64,000 nucleotides of DNA from Antedon mediterranea (lineage: Eukaryota; Animalia; Echinodermata), in contig NC_092673.1 of the NCBI RefSeq assembly GCF_964355755.1, forward strand, positions 12,992,948 to 13,056,947, written 5' to 3'. Position 1 is the stretch's first letter, and the number at the start of each line of letters is the position of its first letter. The position numbers and the translations under genes were made by a program. Shown piece by piece: positions 53,247 to 64,000 of this stretch. The notes under the pieces were generated by a model that worked only from the letters and a program-made list of their open reading frames with translations, was not told the origin of the DNA and did not search any database.

Positions 53247-53799
53247 TGTGTATTAAATGAGTTAATTGCCGCTTTTATTTTGTATTAATTTATTTAGTTT
53301 ATTGATAACATTTGTAGTGTGAAAATTGCCAGCATGAAAAAAAGTCGAGCCTGACGCATCGTCTTTTGAATGACTTATCTTTTTTATTTTTAAATAAACA
53401 TTTAGCGTCATACAACGATTTCTTTTTATTTACTTTAAAAACGATAAGATAATACACAAGCGGCATCTTTTGAATACTTATTTTGGTATCAGTCCTTCCT
53501 GAATACAGTAGGAATAGGCTAGGCTGTTGATTATTACCATGGAGATGACATAATATCCGACAAAAGCTGGTTAGTAAATAATTAATTACATTGGAGAGGT
53601 CAACTTGTCCCCCGAGGCTACTTAAAAAGGCTACTTCAGATACTCCAACCGGCCAAATTCCAGATGGTATAGTAATTACACGGAATCTATTTCTGTTTAT
53701 ACAACGCGCCAACGTCAATGCGTGTAAATTTAGCGTGTTGTATAAACGGGCCCAGAGACAGAGTTACCCACCCTCACATATTGAGACCTATGTAAGAAA

Positions 53800-54160
53800 A
53801 TCACTTATCCAGAGTGAAATATAAGGGCTGATGTTCCACTTAAGATAGCTTTTCCAATAGGATATGCGGTTGCATTAGATTAAAGGCTGGTGAATAATCA
53901 ATGAATAAGCCTCTCGCATATGTACCCTTCTTGTCTAAATGTGAACCAACAAGATGTAGGAGGGCAAGTATGGCTTCATCAACCCCACAATCACACTGGT
54001 AAGCAAATTGCATATTGTCAAGATAGTCATTAAATTCCTTCATTAGTTGCCCTACTGGGCGGAAATCATTAATCACTTTAGGAACAGGTATTATTTCGGA
54101 CATTTTCCATAGTTCCGGAATAACACCAGATTTTAAGGAACATTCAAAACCCATTTACAC
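53800..54160 (-). mobile_element. LINE RT fragment (Rex1/L2-like)
   Basis: WKMSEIIPVPK, NDFRPV, LDNMQFAY, LFIDYSPAFN. Confidence 0.8.
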
Positions 54161-55847
54161 ATGATCTGGTCATTTATCTTTATTTACTATTTCTTAACAT
54201 CCAATGGATCTATTTTTATACATTCTGAATCAGGCAGTTTCCCTTTAAAACTCTGCGTATTAGGGCATTAGGGAGATATTATTATTATCATATTATGGCG
54301 TATTACAGTAAACTCCACCTAAGTTGAATCTAATGGGACCGATCAAGAAATGTGACTTTTTATTTTATTTATGACTACTTTTACAGAAAAGTAGGCATAG
54401 GCCTATACCACATACTCGAATCCAGCCAGGCCCTAGCCTGGACGAATAGAGCAAGGTCTGGTTAGTTGTTAGTTTTCAAATGTCATTACGTCCAATTTAA
54501 CTTTTGTTTAGTTATGAACATTACTGTACCAATATTTTAAAATTAATTTGATGTCTGTTCAGCCATTCTCCATGGTTCAGCCACCCCGCGGTAGAGTCAA
54601 TCGTAGAGAAAGCTGAATGCAGAGTGGGCGCCAATGATGTGTTAAATACAGCTTTTGATCCAATTCTCGTCGACCGGTACATTATAAAAACACAGTATAC
54701 ATTTTTTACACTTTAATAAGTTTTCAATCTTTAATAAATACAATATGTTTTTTTAAAGAAATCGGATGTTTAAATTCCGCGGCAAAATCATTTGTTTTTG
54801 TAGGCAGCATATTGCCATCAATGCGAATATGCATAATCGATTGTTTTTTTCTGAACCAGGTCCTTGTCACTTACATAACTTTGCGGACAAATTTAAGACT
54901 CGCGCTAACTTCTCGGGTCTGGTTTTGCATCGTATGAGATTACTGCGAGCCTACGAAATAAATTTTAAATTTACCGTATATGAAACAGCCGTGTCCAAAC
55001 TCATTAGTTTGTATGCCGTATCTTTACAAACAGATATAACAAAGTATTCAGGAGATCCTAACAATAGTAGCCACCATATCGAAACATCCATCATCATCAT
55101 CATCATCGTCATTTGTAAAGGTATGGCATACAAACTAATGAGATGTTAGCAAATGTTTAAATAAAAACACTGAATAATGGTGATGAAGGCTTTAATAACA
55201 TGCGTACCCCGCCACATATTATACACTACACTAGTCATGTTCCAACAGGTTTGATGGAACCGACACAAATGTGTCATCATGATTGTGCATGAAGATGCTT
55301 TTCTTAACAATGTGTGTCACTTGTATTAGTACCGTGGACAACGGTTTGACCTTCTGGATATGATGGCATAATCTCATTTCCTCATACGCACGTATTTGAG
55401 GATGCCTTATTTGATTGAAAGTAAATACCAAGCTGGTAAATTTAAAAGCATTTTTCTTAAAGCACTGATTGTAACAGCCAAAACTTTAGAATGAGATATC
55501 TCTGGAAGTAGACATGATATCAAGATATTTTTTTCAGCATTTTAAATCTTGGATTATGTAGTTTTAGTATTTGTGAAAATCTCAATTTTGAAAATTCCAA
55601 CTTATGTCTGCTTTCCCTTGCATGTGCCACATTTGGTTGATGTTTTAGGCTATTTTTGTTGGATGATTAATTATAATTAAAAACTACCATAGATTTGTAG
55701 TAGAAGTTAAATGTTTATTTAAAAATTACCATAGATTGTAGGGAATTGCTGTCATAAAATTGACGCAACGAAAATGTGATCAATTGACTGTTCGTGACTT
55801 TGTGTTGCATCTGTACAATGAGGAATTAAATACTTTTCAAATGTTAA

Positions 55848-56905
55848 TATTAGTATTATTATTATTATTACTTGTATAGCGCACATTTATACAACATTTA
55901 ATTATAATCAGCGGCGTTTCACATCAATTAGTATCGTAACATTGTTTGAAATATAGTGCTTTTAAATGCTTTTTAAACTGATTATAGTCTAAGTGTTTAA
56001 TGTGACTTGGTAATCTGTTCCAAATTTTGGGTCCTGCTACGGCGAACGAACGGTCAGCAAATTTCTTTCGTTTAATTCGTAGGATTGTCAGGTTATAATT
56101 GCTGGTGCTTGAACGAGTACTGCGAGAAACATTCCGCACAGTAAGAATATCTCTCGGGTAACTTGGAGCGGAACCTTTAAGCGAACGCCATACAAGACAC
56201 GCTATTTTGAATTGACATCTATGAGACATCGGAAGCCAGTAAAAGGATCGCATGGCGTTTAGTTGCACTGTCATACCGACCTTTCCTGACAATTATTTTC
56301 GCAGCTTGGTGCAGTAACCTCTTCATTGGAGCAAGGTATTAGCAGGTAGACCATAATACAATGCATTGGCGTAATCAATATGTGACAGCACGAGCGATTG
56401 AACTAGTTGTTGGCAAAGGTCCTTGGAGAGAAATTTGCGGATTTGACGAATATAGTATAAATTAACAGCTATCGTTCTGCATTTATCACGTATGTGGTTC
56501 TTGAAAGATATTAACACCAAGGTATTTTACAGATGAACCACGTGTTATTCTGTCCTGACATACGATGATATGATCTTTCTCACATTTCAGGAGTTGAGCT
56601 CTGCTTCCCAATAGTATGAACTCTGTTTTTTCACTGTTCATTTTTAGTCTGTTGGACTTCATCCAGTCGTTGATGGATATGAGGCACTCTTGTAATTTGG
56701 TGATTGTATTTTCCATACTAGAACTAGAATTTGGATTAAATGAATCATACACTGAGTGATCATCGGCATATCCCATCACAGAAATATCAAACTTACTGAT
56801 ATGATCTTGTAAAGTGCTGGCATATATGGTGTATAGAACTGGACCGCATATACTACCCTGAGGTACAGAGAAGGACAAATTGGCTTTCATCCACACTCCG
56901 TCAGG
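55848..56905 (-). mobile_element. 5'-truncated L2/CR1-group LINE with (TAA)n tail
   Basis: VPQGSICGPVLY, YADD, RLKMNSEKTE, IDYANALYYG, RSFAVAGPKIWNRLP. Confidence 0.9.
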
Positions 56906-57129
56906 TCAGGTGACAAATTTAGGCGTTTTTTATTGACAAAAGTCTCTTGATAAAAAGAAGAGCAATCTAAATAAATACAATTTGGTGTGTCTAGGTCTTG
57001 TGAATTCTGCAGATACGTCAGAGGTGGCACTTTTTTCATCGACTAGTTAAGATCCACAGAACACTCTTTGCGCTGCCTTTCCAGAAAGCGTGTGTATTTC
57101 CCTATGCACAAGTGCAACAATATTTTTAA

Positions 57130-58400
57130 GCCCACTACCTTCCAATATACCCAAGTGAATTCATAAATGTGTGAAAACAGCCCAACATCAGAACAGTCGA
57201 CTACTCTGCGATGCATTTAAAATGATTTCCTCAGCTTTACAATACAATGGTTGGTCAAATATTATTACTGGTAACATGCCATGTTTTGCTGTAAGACTGC
57301 AAAATACTCCAAATGTTGAAAGAACGCATGTCTTATCTCCAGAATGTCAATCATTGACTAAAATACTATTGACGATTGTTACTTACTTACTGATAGATTA
57401 GTATTAAAAAAATGGAATTCTTGTCTTCTCAATGATATTTAAATCAGAGAGTTTTTGTCGTGCAATGACTATTATCTTTTGTGCAGGTTTTATTGCTACA
57501 ATTATTCCCCAATAATGGAATGTCCCTTTCCCATCCAATGTTATGTTATTTTTTGGTCACAAAGAAAATCTAAAGGAATATAGTTGGCAGCAATTGTCTT
57601 AAACCTTCATCGTATGAGGAACAGAATCCCATTCTATTGAGGCTATTTACAAGAAACTTGGACTGTGTCATATGGTGCACCCGAGATTCCAATACTTTTC
57701 TTGTTATCTTCTGTCTTTACCTTTGTTATATGCGGATTCAATCAGTAGATAGTCATCAAAATCTGATTATATTATAGATTCAAGGTTTAATGAGCCATGC
57801 CGCTGTTTCTTTTGGTTTTTTTCATCACCACTCTGCTTCTCAAAGTACTGAATGACCTAGTTTGATTATTAAGATTAACTTATATTTGTTGTTATATTAT
57901 TTATGCACGTAGTAGACCTGTTTGCATTTTATTATATCAAAGTAGGCATAATGCTGTAATACATGTCTTCTCTTTCATTGTGACTACACTACATGGCACC
58001 CAGCAGACACCCATTTTTATTGTCTTTAAGTAACCCTCTATTAGTAACTAGTTCACCTGGGCTGCCGGTCTATCTGTCTGGATATCTACATAATGCTAGC
58101 AACAACACAACTTTATTTCTATGATCTGTACTTCTCTACCTAAACGGGCAAGAATCAATAACAAAAATGCAACAAATGTTCATAAAAATGCAGAAATATC
58201 TGGATAATTTACTTGATAATACCATGCCAGGTGAGAATTTATTTAAATAGATTTTCTTGCTTGTAGCCCTACCAATTGCTGATTTTACCTGTAAACTCGT
58301 GTTAAGTTTAAGCCACTCTACCATGCTTTTAAATTCATTTTCAGACACTTTAGATTCTGTGAAGGTAAGTACACATTACGTAGTCTTTGTAGTTGTTGAC
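57130..58400 (-). pseudogene. Academ transposase fragment
   Basis: VHHMTQSKFLVNSLNRMGFCSSYDE, NITLDGKGTFH..GII, IIFDQPLYCKA. Confidence 0.72.
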
Positions 58401-59240
58401 AATCTTCATCAATGGCTATTATGCACTGTTTCATGTCATGGTTTGTTTGGAAACAAGGATGGAAGAAAAATGAAACACGTTTTTCTTGACAAACTGGATT
58501 TCAGACAGGACTTATTTCATAAACAGTTTTCTCACGAGTCCCAAAGCGAAATTTGTGTTCTGTGACTTCACCAATCCCATTTTTTCATCCATTCTAGATT
58601 CGCTTTTCAAAACATGCTATACCTCTAAGTGCAATGCACTGCCGTCCAAAAAAAAGTATAGCTTCGGCAACAGTTCTAATTATATGCCTATTTCTTTCAA
58701 TGTTTTTCTTTTATTCTTCATCAAAATAAATATCTATGTTATTCTGTGGTGTCTCTACAGAATTGACCAAGTGATGCTGATGCAATCATTGAATTTATGT
58801 GATATTGATTTTGTTGATGTGATTTTGCTTTTTCATTTAGTTTATATATGTATAAACGGCGTATTAACAAAAGCCCCCATCCGTTTCCTGTCACTGGCAG
58901 GGACCATCAGTGCGCAATGAATGCAGAATGCGGCATCCAACGACGGACTATACACCATACACGCATAATCTTTTAGGTACTTTAATTTGAATTGGCGTTG
59001 GCAATTATGTAGAAAGCGTGATTGGTTTTTTTAATAGATAGTACTATTCTTTTATGAATTCAGTATTTTCGTCGGCGTCTACTGTACGATCTATGCTAGC
59101 TGACCTATTATTGTTAGTAGTAGTACTAAGCATAGTGTCATCATGATCCCCAACATCCACGGCCTGTGTTTCTTTTTTTGTCTCATTTGTTTCACCTTCT
59201 TCTTGCCCATCAGCTCGGTCTCTCTTAGTCTTACTCATCC
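58400..59240 (-). pseudogene. hAT (ZMYM1-like) transposase N-terminus
   Basis: TTF-type Zn finger RQFKLKYLKDYACMVYSPSLDAAFCIHC. Confidence 0.65.
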
Positions 59241-59579
59241 ACTGACCCAGAGACTTGCATTTTTAGCAGCTGCTTTTCTTTTCCGTTCATTTTGTTCTTT
59301 TCGACCCATAATGATAATATTGTAATAAATGACCATTGCTGAGTAGCCTACAGGGAATACAACTTGTAAACAGGCTGACTATGGCACACGGTACAATATT
59401 GTTCACTTTATTTGATGTTCACTTGTTTGTATGTGCCGCGCCATCTAACACTACAGTGTGTGTTGGCATGCGGTACAATATTGTTCACTTTATTTTTTGT
59501 GGTACTGTACCTGGTTGGTAAAAAATTACTGAATGACTATGATTTCTTTATTATAAAATACATTTATATTAAATAAACA

Positions 59580-60300
59580 AGATGAAGGCTAGAGAATATA
59601 ATGTATAATACACTACAGATTTATTTTACACTCTCTCAAAATACCTCTCCCACTCTAAACCTCTTTTTCACACCCTAAATACCCTAAACATTTTTGACAT
59701 TAATAAATTGCAAACTGCCCTCTTCATGTTTAGGTACTCAAATAACAAACTACCATCCACTTTCAACGGTTTCTTCACTAAAAATAACGAACTACACAAA
59801 TATAACACTAGGAACGCAAACCACTACATTTCCAAAAACTTTAACAGTAAGCAAATACTTAACTTTATACTACATACCGGGTCCCCTACTCTGGAACTCT
59901 CTTAATCCGTCAATAACTAATAGCAAAACAAATAATACTCTAAAAATAAACTACAAATCTTATCTAATAAATTAAATTAATTATTTTGATCATATTAATA
60001 CCTTATAATTAATTTTAATTAGGCAAATCATATAAATAGCGTTTGTCATTCCTGTCGTCCTTGTCGTGTTTGTATCGTCGTACATGTTCGTCCCTGTCTG
60101 TCAGTAGCTAACCTTCACCTTATGCTTATTATTATTTTTAACTTTTTTATTCTTTCTGGTGGATCCAGGCTTTAAAGCCCCTTGGGGTTTAAATGGTATT
60201 CTCCATGCATAATGCAACTATTATTTACTTAATTTCCAACCACTTTTATATTTTGTATAATGTTTGCATTATGTGAATAAATTTGAACTTGAACTTAAAT
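59580..60300 (+). mobile_element. CR1-group LINE 3' end
   Basis: LQTALFMFRY..LPSTF..HKYNTR, GPLLWNSL; AATAAA plus (TTGAAC)n tail. Confidence 0.75.
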
Positions 60301-60334
60301 TGAATTTTAAGACCCTATAAAATGAGGACCTTTT

Positions 60335-60458
60335 GCAATTTTCAATAATGGTAACCGACAGAAAACGTACAAGGAGAACGTCCTTTTTACCCGAGTCATT
60401 ATCATTCCGAGAATCATCGTCTACACTTCCTAGAGAGGGGCGAGCTCACCCTCTAGTT
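60335..60458 (+). mobile_element. second copy of the 6214-6357 Helitron-like fragment
   Basis: Shared ATAATGGTAACCGACAGAAAACGTACAAGGAGAACGTCC; hairpin plus CTAGT end. Confidence 0.55.
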
Positions 60459-60559
60459 TTGAAAAATTTAAATTGACTAAAATAGTGCATACAGTACACA
60501 ATGAACAAATTCAGTGTAAATAAAATCTCCATAACAAAGTGCATTTATTGCCACATAAG

Positions 60560-60590
<31 letters not shown>

Positions 60591-60859
60591 CCTTTATTGC
60601 ATCAAGTAACTACATAATGAATACAAAATCACAAATAATACATTAACTAAACTAATCATAAAGTAACTTTAATTGGCAATTCAATTCTGTTAAACTTTAG
60701 TATAAAATATATAAATTTTAAAAACAAATGTTTTTGAAAAGGATACAAACACATACACACATGGAGGTCATTGTCAAACTGCTGTTGAACATCTTTGTAT
60801 TTCTACTGGTTAAAAAAATCGTTTAAAATACCCAATATAAATACTGTAACCATGGCAAC

Positions 60860-60950
60860 AAAAATGGAATGTTAATTCTTTTCTTGTTTATTCGCCTTTG
60901 GGATTAGAGTGATTGCTCCCTGTTTTTGAGTGACTGAAAGGTTACCTTTA
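60860..60950 (-). mobile_element. L1/Tx1 RT fragment
   Basis: GNLSVTQKQGAITLIPK. Confidence 0.5.
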
Positions 60951-61356
60951 TATTAAGGCTGATGGTGTTCTAGGAAGGGGCGTCCCTGATGTTGTTGGGA
61001 TGCGAGATGTTGGGTCAAGTTTTTTGTTTCATACATGGGATCAAGTAGGCAAGTCAGGACCGGTCTCTGTAAGTGATGATGTTGTTCGTTGTCATATTGA
61101 GGGGGTCAGTAGCTTGTCTGTGTCAACGGCGGCAGGATTGAATGGAGGGAAGCTGATTTTGTCCACCTCTGAGTTTTGTTGACCGTCACATCAACACGTT
61201 GCCTTCCTAGTGCCTCAGGTAGTCGCATTGATAGTTATATGGCGACGTAAAAAGTTACGCGCCCATCGACAACCATGCAGATTATACACAAAAGGGTTCG
61301 GTCTACTATCGGCATCCAGAAACTTCTTTACCACTCTCTTTATTTCTGTCATCGTT

Positions 61357-61425
61357 AATAATAATAATAATAATAATAAGATTTTTATAGCGCACATACC
61401 ACTCCAAAGTGCTCAAGGCGCATTT
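61357..61425 (-). mobile_element. LINE/SINE 3' tail
   Basis: GCGCCTTGAGCAC..GCGCTATAAAAATC plus (TTA)n. Confidence 0.5.
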
Positions 61426-61499
61426 CTAGACTACCATAGCCAATCTTCGCCATCCCTATCGCCCATCCCACTTGTTCTTTCTGTCTTGATAAATAGGCT

Positions 61500-61620
61500 C
61501 TGGTTCTTTGAGTCGATTCACTTTGCGTACTCACGACTTAGGAACACCGTACATTCGAGCAGCTGCTCCAAATGAGAGCTCTCCCTTTCTTACAGTCAAT
61601 ACGTACAAGCTCCTAGCTCT
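61500..61620 (-). pseudogene. HTH-psq fragment (pogo-like transposase N-terminus)
   Basis: KKGELSFGAAARMYGVPKS. Confidence 0.4.
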
Positions 61621-61899
61621 ATCTATTTTTTAGTTTTCTTTACGTTTTTCTTCTTTTACTCTCTTTCTTATTTGGCTGCTTCTTCTTTTTTTTTCTCTCG
61701 TAATCAACAAAAACAAATTTCAACACAGCATTTACAAGGCATTGTCTTTTGCAATTAAAATAAAATACATGAAATATAAATAAACAACTTAAATATTGAA
61801 GATTTTGTTTTACTTGTATTCAGTATATTTTATATAGAATTTGTATTTATTTCATAATTTAATTACCAAGCAAATATGGTATGACAAGTATTGCTGCTG

Positions 61900-63139
61900 T
61901 GGCTTGTCGAGTAGAAGAAGATGTTCCAACAATTTCTGTATCAACTTGATCAAATATACCGTAATCGTCACCACTGATTTTGTTGGATGCTTTTCCAAGT
62001 GTCAAAATATCAGTAGCTACATTCTCCAGAGAACATCAAAATTTTGTATGCAAACAACTACCCATCAAACATTTAAATTCATTGTCTAGACTTTCAAATT
62101 GAAATAAACATGGGAACTCTTCTTTAATTTCTGAAACTGGAGGGTTCAAATTTATAAACTGACGTCTTTGAGGATAGGTGATTTCCATTCTTCGCTCTAT
62201 TAGCTTTTGATTTGGTACATTTTTCTTGTTTTCCTTCTTCATATCATCTTTATGTTTTGTCAGTGTTAGTTCATCTTCCCCTTCTGGTATTTCAACTGCA
62301 AAGTTTACTTCTCCTCTATTAGCCTGAAAATTGAATTAAAGAAATAGTAATAAGTAAAAATATTAGCGATAACAATTAAAACAATATAATTTTGATAATT
62401 ACATGGCAATCATAACAAAATGGAATCATTACCATAGCCAAAATAGCTGTGCTATTTCATAGTCATAGTCATATATACTTTATTGTCCATTTAAAAAACA
62501 GAAATGTGATTTGAAAACTGGCAAAATACAAAAATATAAAATACAATTTACAAAAAAACACACAAAAAGTTAAGAGGCTAAAAATTGTTAAAATTAGATA
62601 AAAATTAATATCGGTTACATTTTACCTTTGTACTCTGGAGTTATATAAGTGTATAGCATTAGGTACAAACGAGCACCTAAACCGTTTTTTATTTAAAGTT
62701 AATAATACAGATACTCGCTTTCTTCAACTGGGATTCTAGAGCATTCTGTTTTGGATTATTTCGTTTTAAAGGGCCTTCTGATTTTTTGTTTCTACGGACA
62801 TTTTTCATTTTGTCACGTATCCGCTCCTGCCATCCATCTGTTCCACTCCCTAGATTTTCTTTCAAATATGGATACTTTTGTATTAAAGCAATACAAACTT
62901 CTTTTCGTTGCTGCCTACTTGGAATGTATGTATATTTCAAAATTTCTTCTGATAAATTGTCCAATATTTCTTTCCTTTGGCTCCAATTTAGAGGTTTTTT
63001 GTAGTACAGTGCATCTTGCAAATCTTTTTGAAAAACGATCTTCATTTATAGGAAATTTGGTTGGAAATCTTTCATTGAGATAGTAAGACAAGTTTCCAGT
63101 GCATGTTTCATCTGAACTTGACTGGCTGTCTTTTTCCAT
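61900..63139 (-). pseudogene. SAMD3-like accessory gene typical of animal CACTA/EnSpm elements
   Basis: EVCIALIQKYPYLKE..GWQERIRDKMKNVR; RRMEITYPQRRQFI..EEFPCLF; intron ~62718-62324. Confidence 0.65.
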
Positions 63140-64000
63140 TGCGGAGTCATCAGAACTCTGGGAACGATGTCGGAGAAATTGTATTTCGTAAACTAGCGTC
63201 TAATGAAAAAAGATCACTAGAACATATCCTCTAGAAGTAATGTGGAATCAGACTCACAGGAATCATTTAAGACGTGAATAAATGTAGGATGTGATGAGTT
63301 AGATTCAAAGAGAGGCAGGCATCTTAGAATGGTTCTGTCCATGCAAAGTTATTTGCACCCGCTATATATAGGTTAAATGTCAAAATAATGTGTTTCTTGA
63401 CATTGAGCACCTTTAAGTCACTACCAAACACCCAGTAGTTACCAAGTTAATGCAGGGTCTATATTTTGACCATGTTGACCTTTTGGCCCCTGTACTGACC
63501 AAGCATCCCAATTTTTTTTCGGCCAACAGCAAAAAATCGATTTATGTTGATATAAGGAAGCAAAAAAACATTGTTAATATAGTTTGCTAGAGGGTGCAAG
63601 TAAACCCCTTCTGGCTCCCCAACTATAATCAATATTTTGACAGTTCTTTTCACATTAAAAATGTATAAAACGTACTATTACATATCACAATAACAATAAT
63701 GATAGCATGTACTTGAAGGGTAGGAAACATGTATTACTCCTACTGTTATTAATTATCTATACTAGATGGTTCTCAAATACACAGTAATTTCAGCGTAACA
63801 AAACTGGCGATTTCAAATGTACTATTATATAATACATTGTCGTTTACAGAAATGAATAAATAGACACAATGATTTATGTAGTCAACTAAAATTAGCACCC
63901 TGGGAATTACTTCCGAAGGAGAAACTTATCACAAAATGTTTGATTTGGGACTCATTTAAAGAAACCCAATTTGTGTTTTGTATGTAACATTAGGTTTGAG

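Larger units (their letters stand above)
46790..53753. mobile_element. Harbinger element with convergent transposase remnant and Myb/SANT gene, interrupted by Gypsy
   Basis: Plus strand 46805-46975 QMVVACCILHNFCID..AIRAALVQYF; terminal ..TGTATAAACGGGCCC at 53753. Confidence 0.7.

Overview
AT-rich eukaryotic genomic DNA. It is probably a marine invertebrate, possibly an echinoderm; this is inferred from the intron style and TE families. The window is almost entirely a nested graveyard of transposable elements: Academ (x3), PIF/Harbinger (x4), pogo/Tigger MITE, P-superfamily (x2 plus excision footprints), Helitron/Helentron with OTU, Chapaev, Gypsy, BEL/Pao, hAT, CACTA, MULE-like and several LINEs, plus minisatellites. 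The only host-like gene is the 5' part of a pappalysin-like gene, whose exon 2 is split by an Academ insertion. Main finding: a GC-rich Gypsy LTR element with a PHD-tipped integrase and, in the env position, an extra ORF with a C2H2 zinc finger and a complete TatD-family nuclease motif set. Also notable: P-type transposases starting with a RAG1-N-terminus-like zinc domain (one facing a convergent PHD gene), ~30-bp palindromes with 7-bp TSDs resembling P excision footprints, and a Chapaev transposase with an internal PHD finger. All calls come from manual motif reading; no searches were run.
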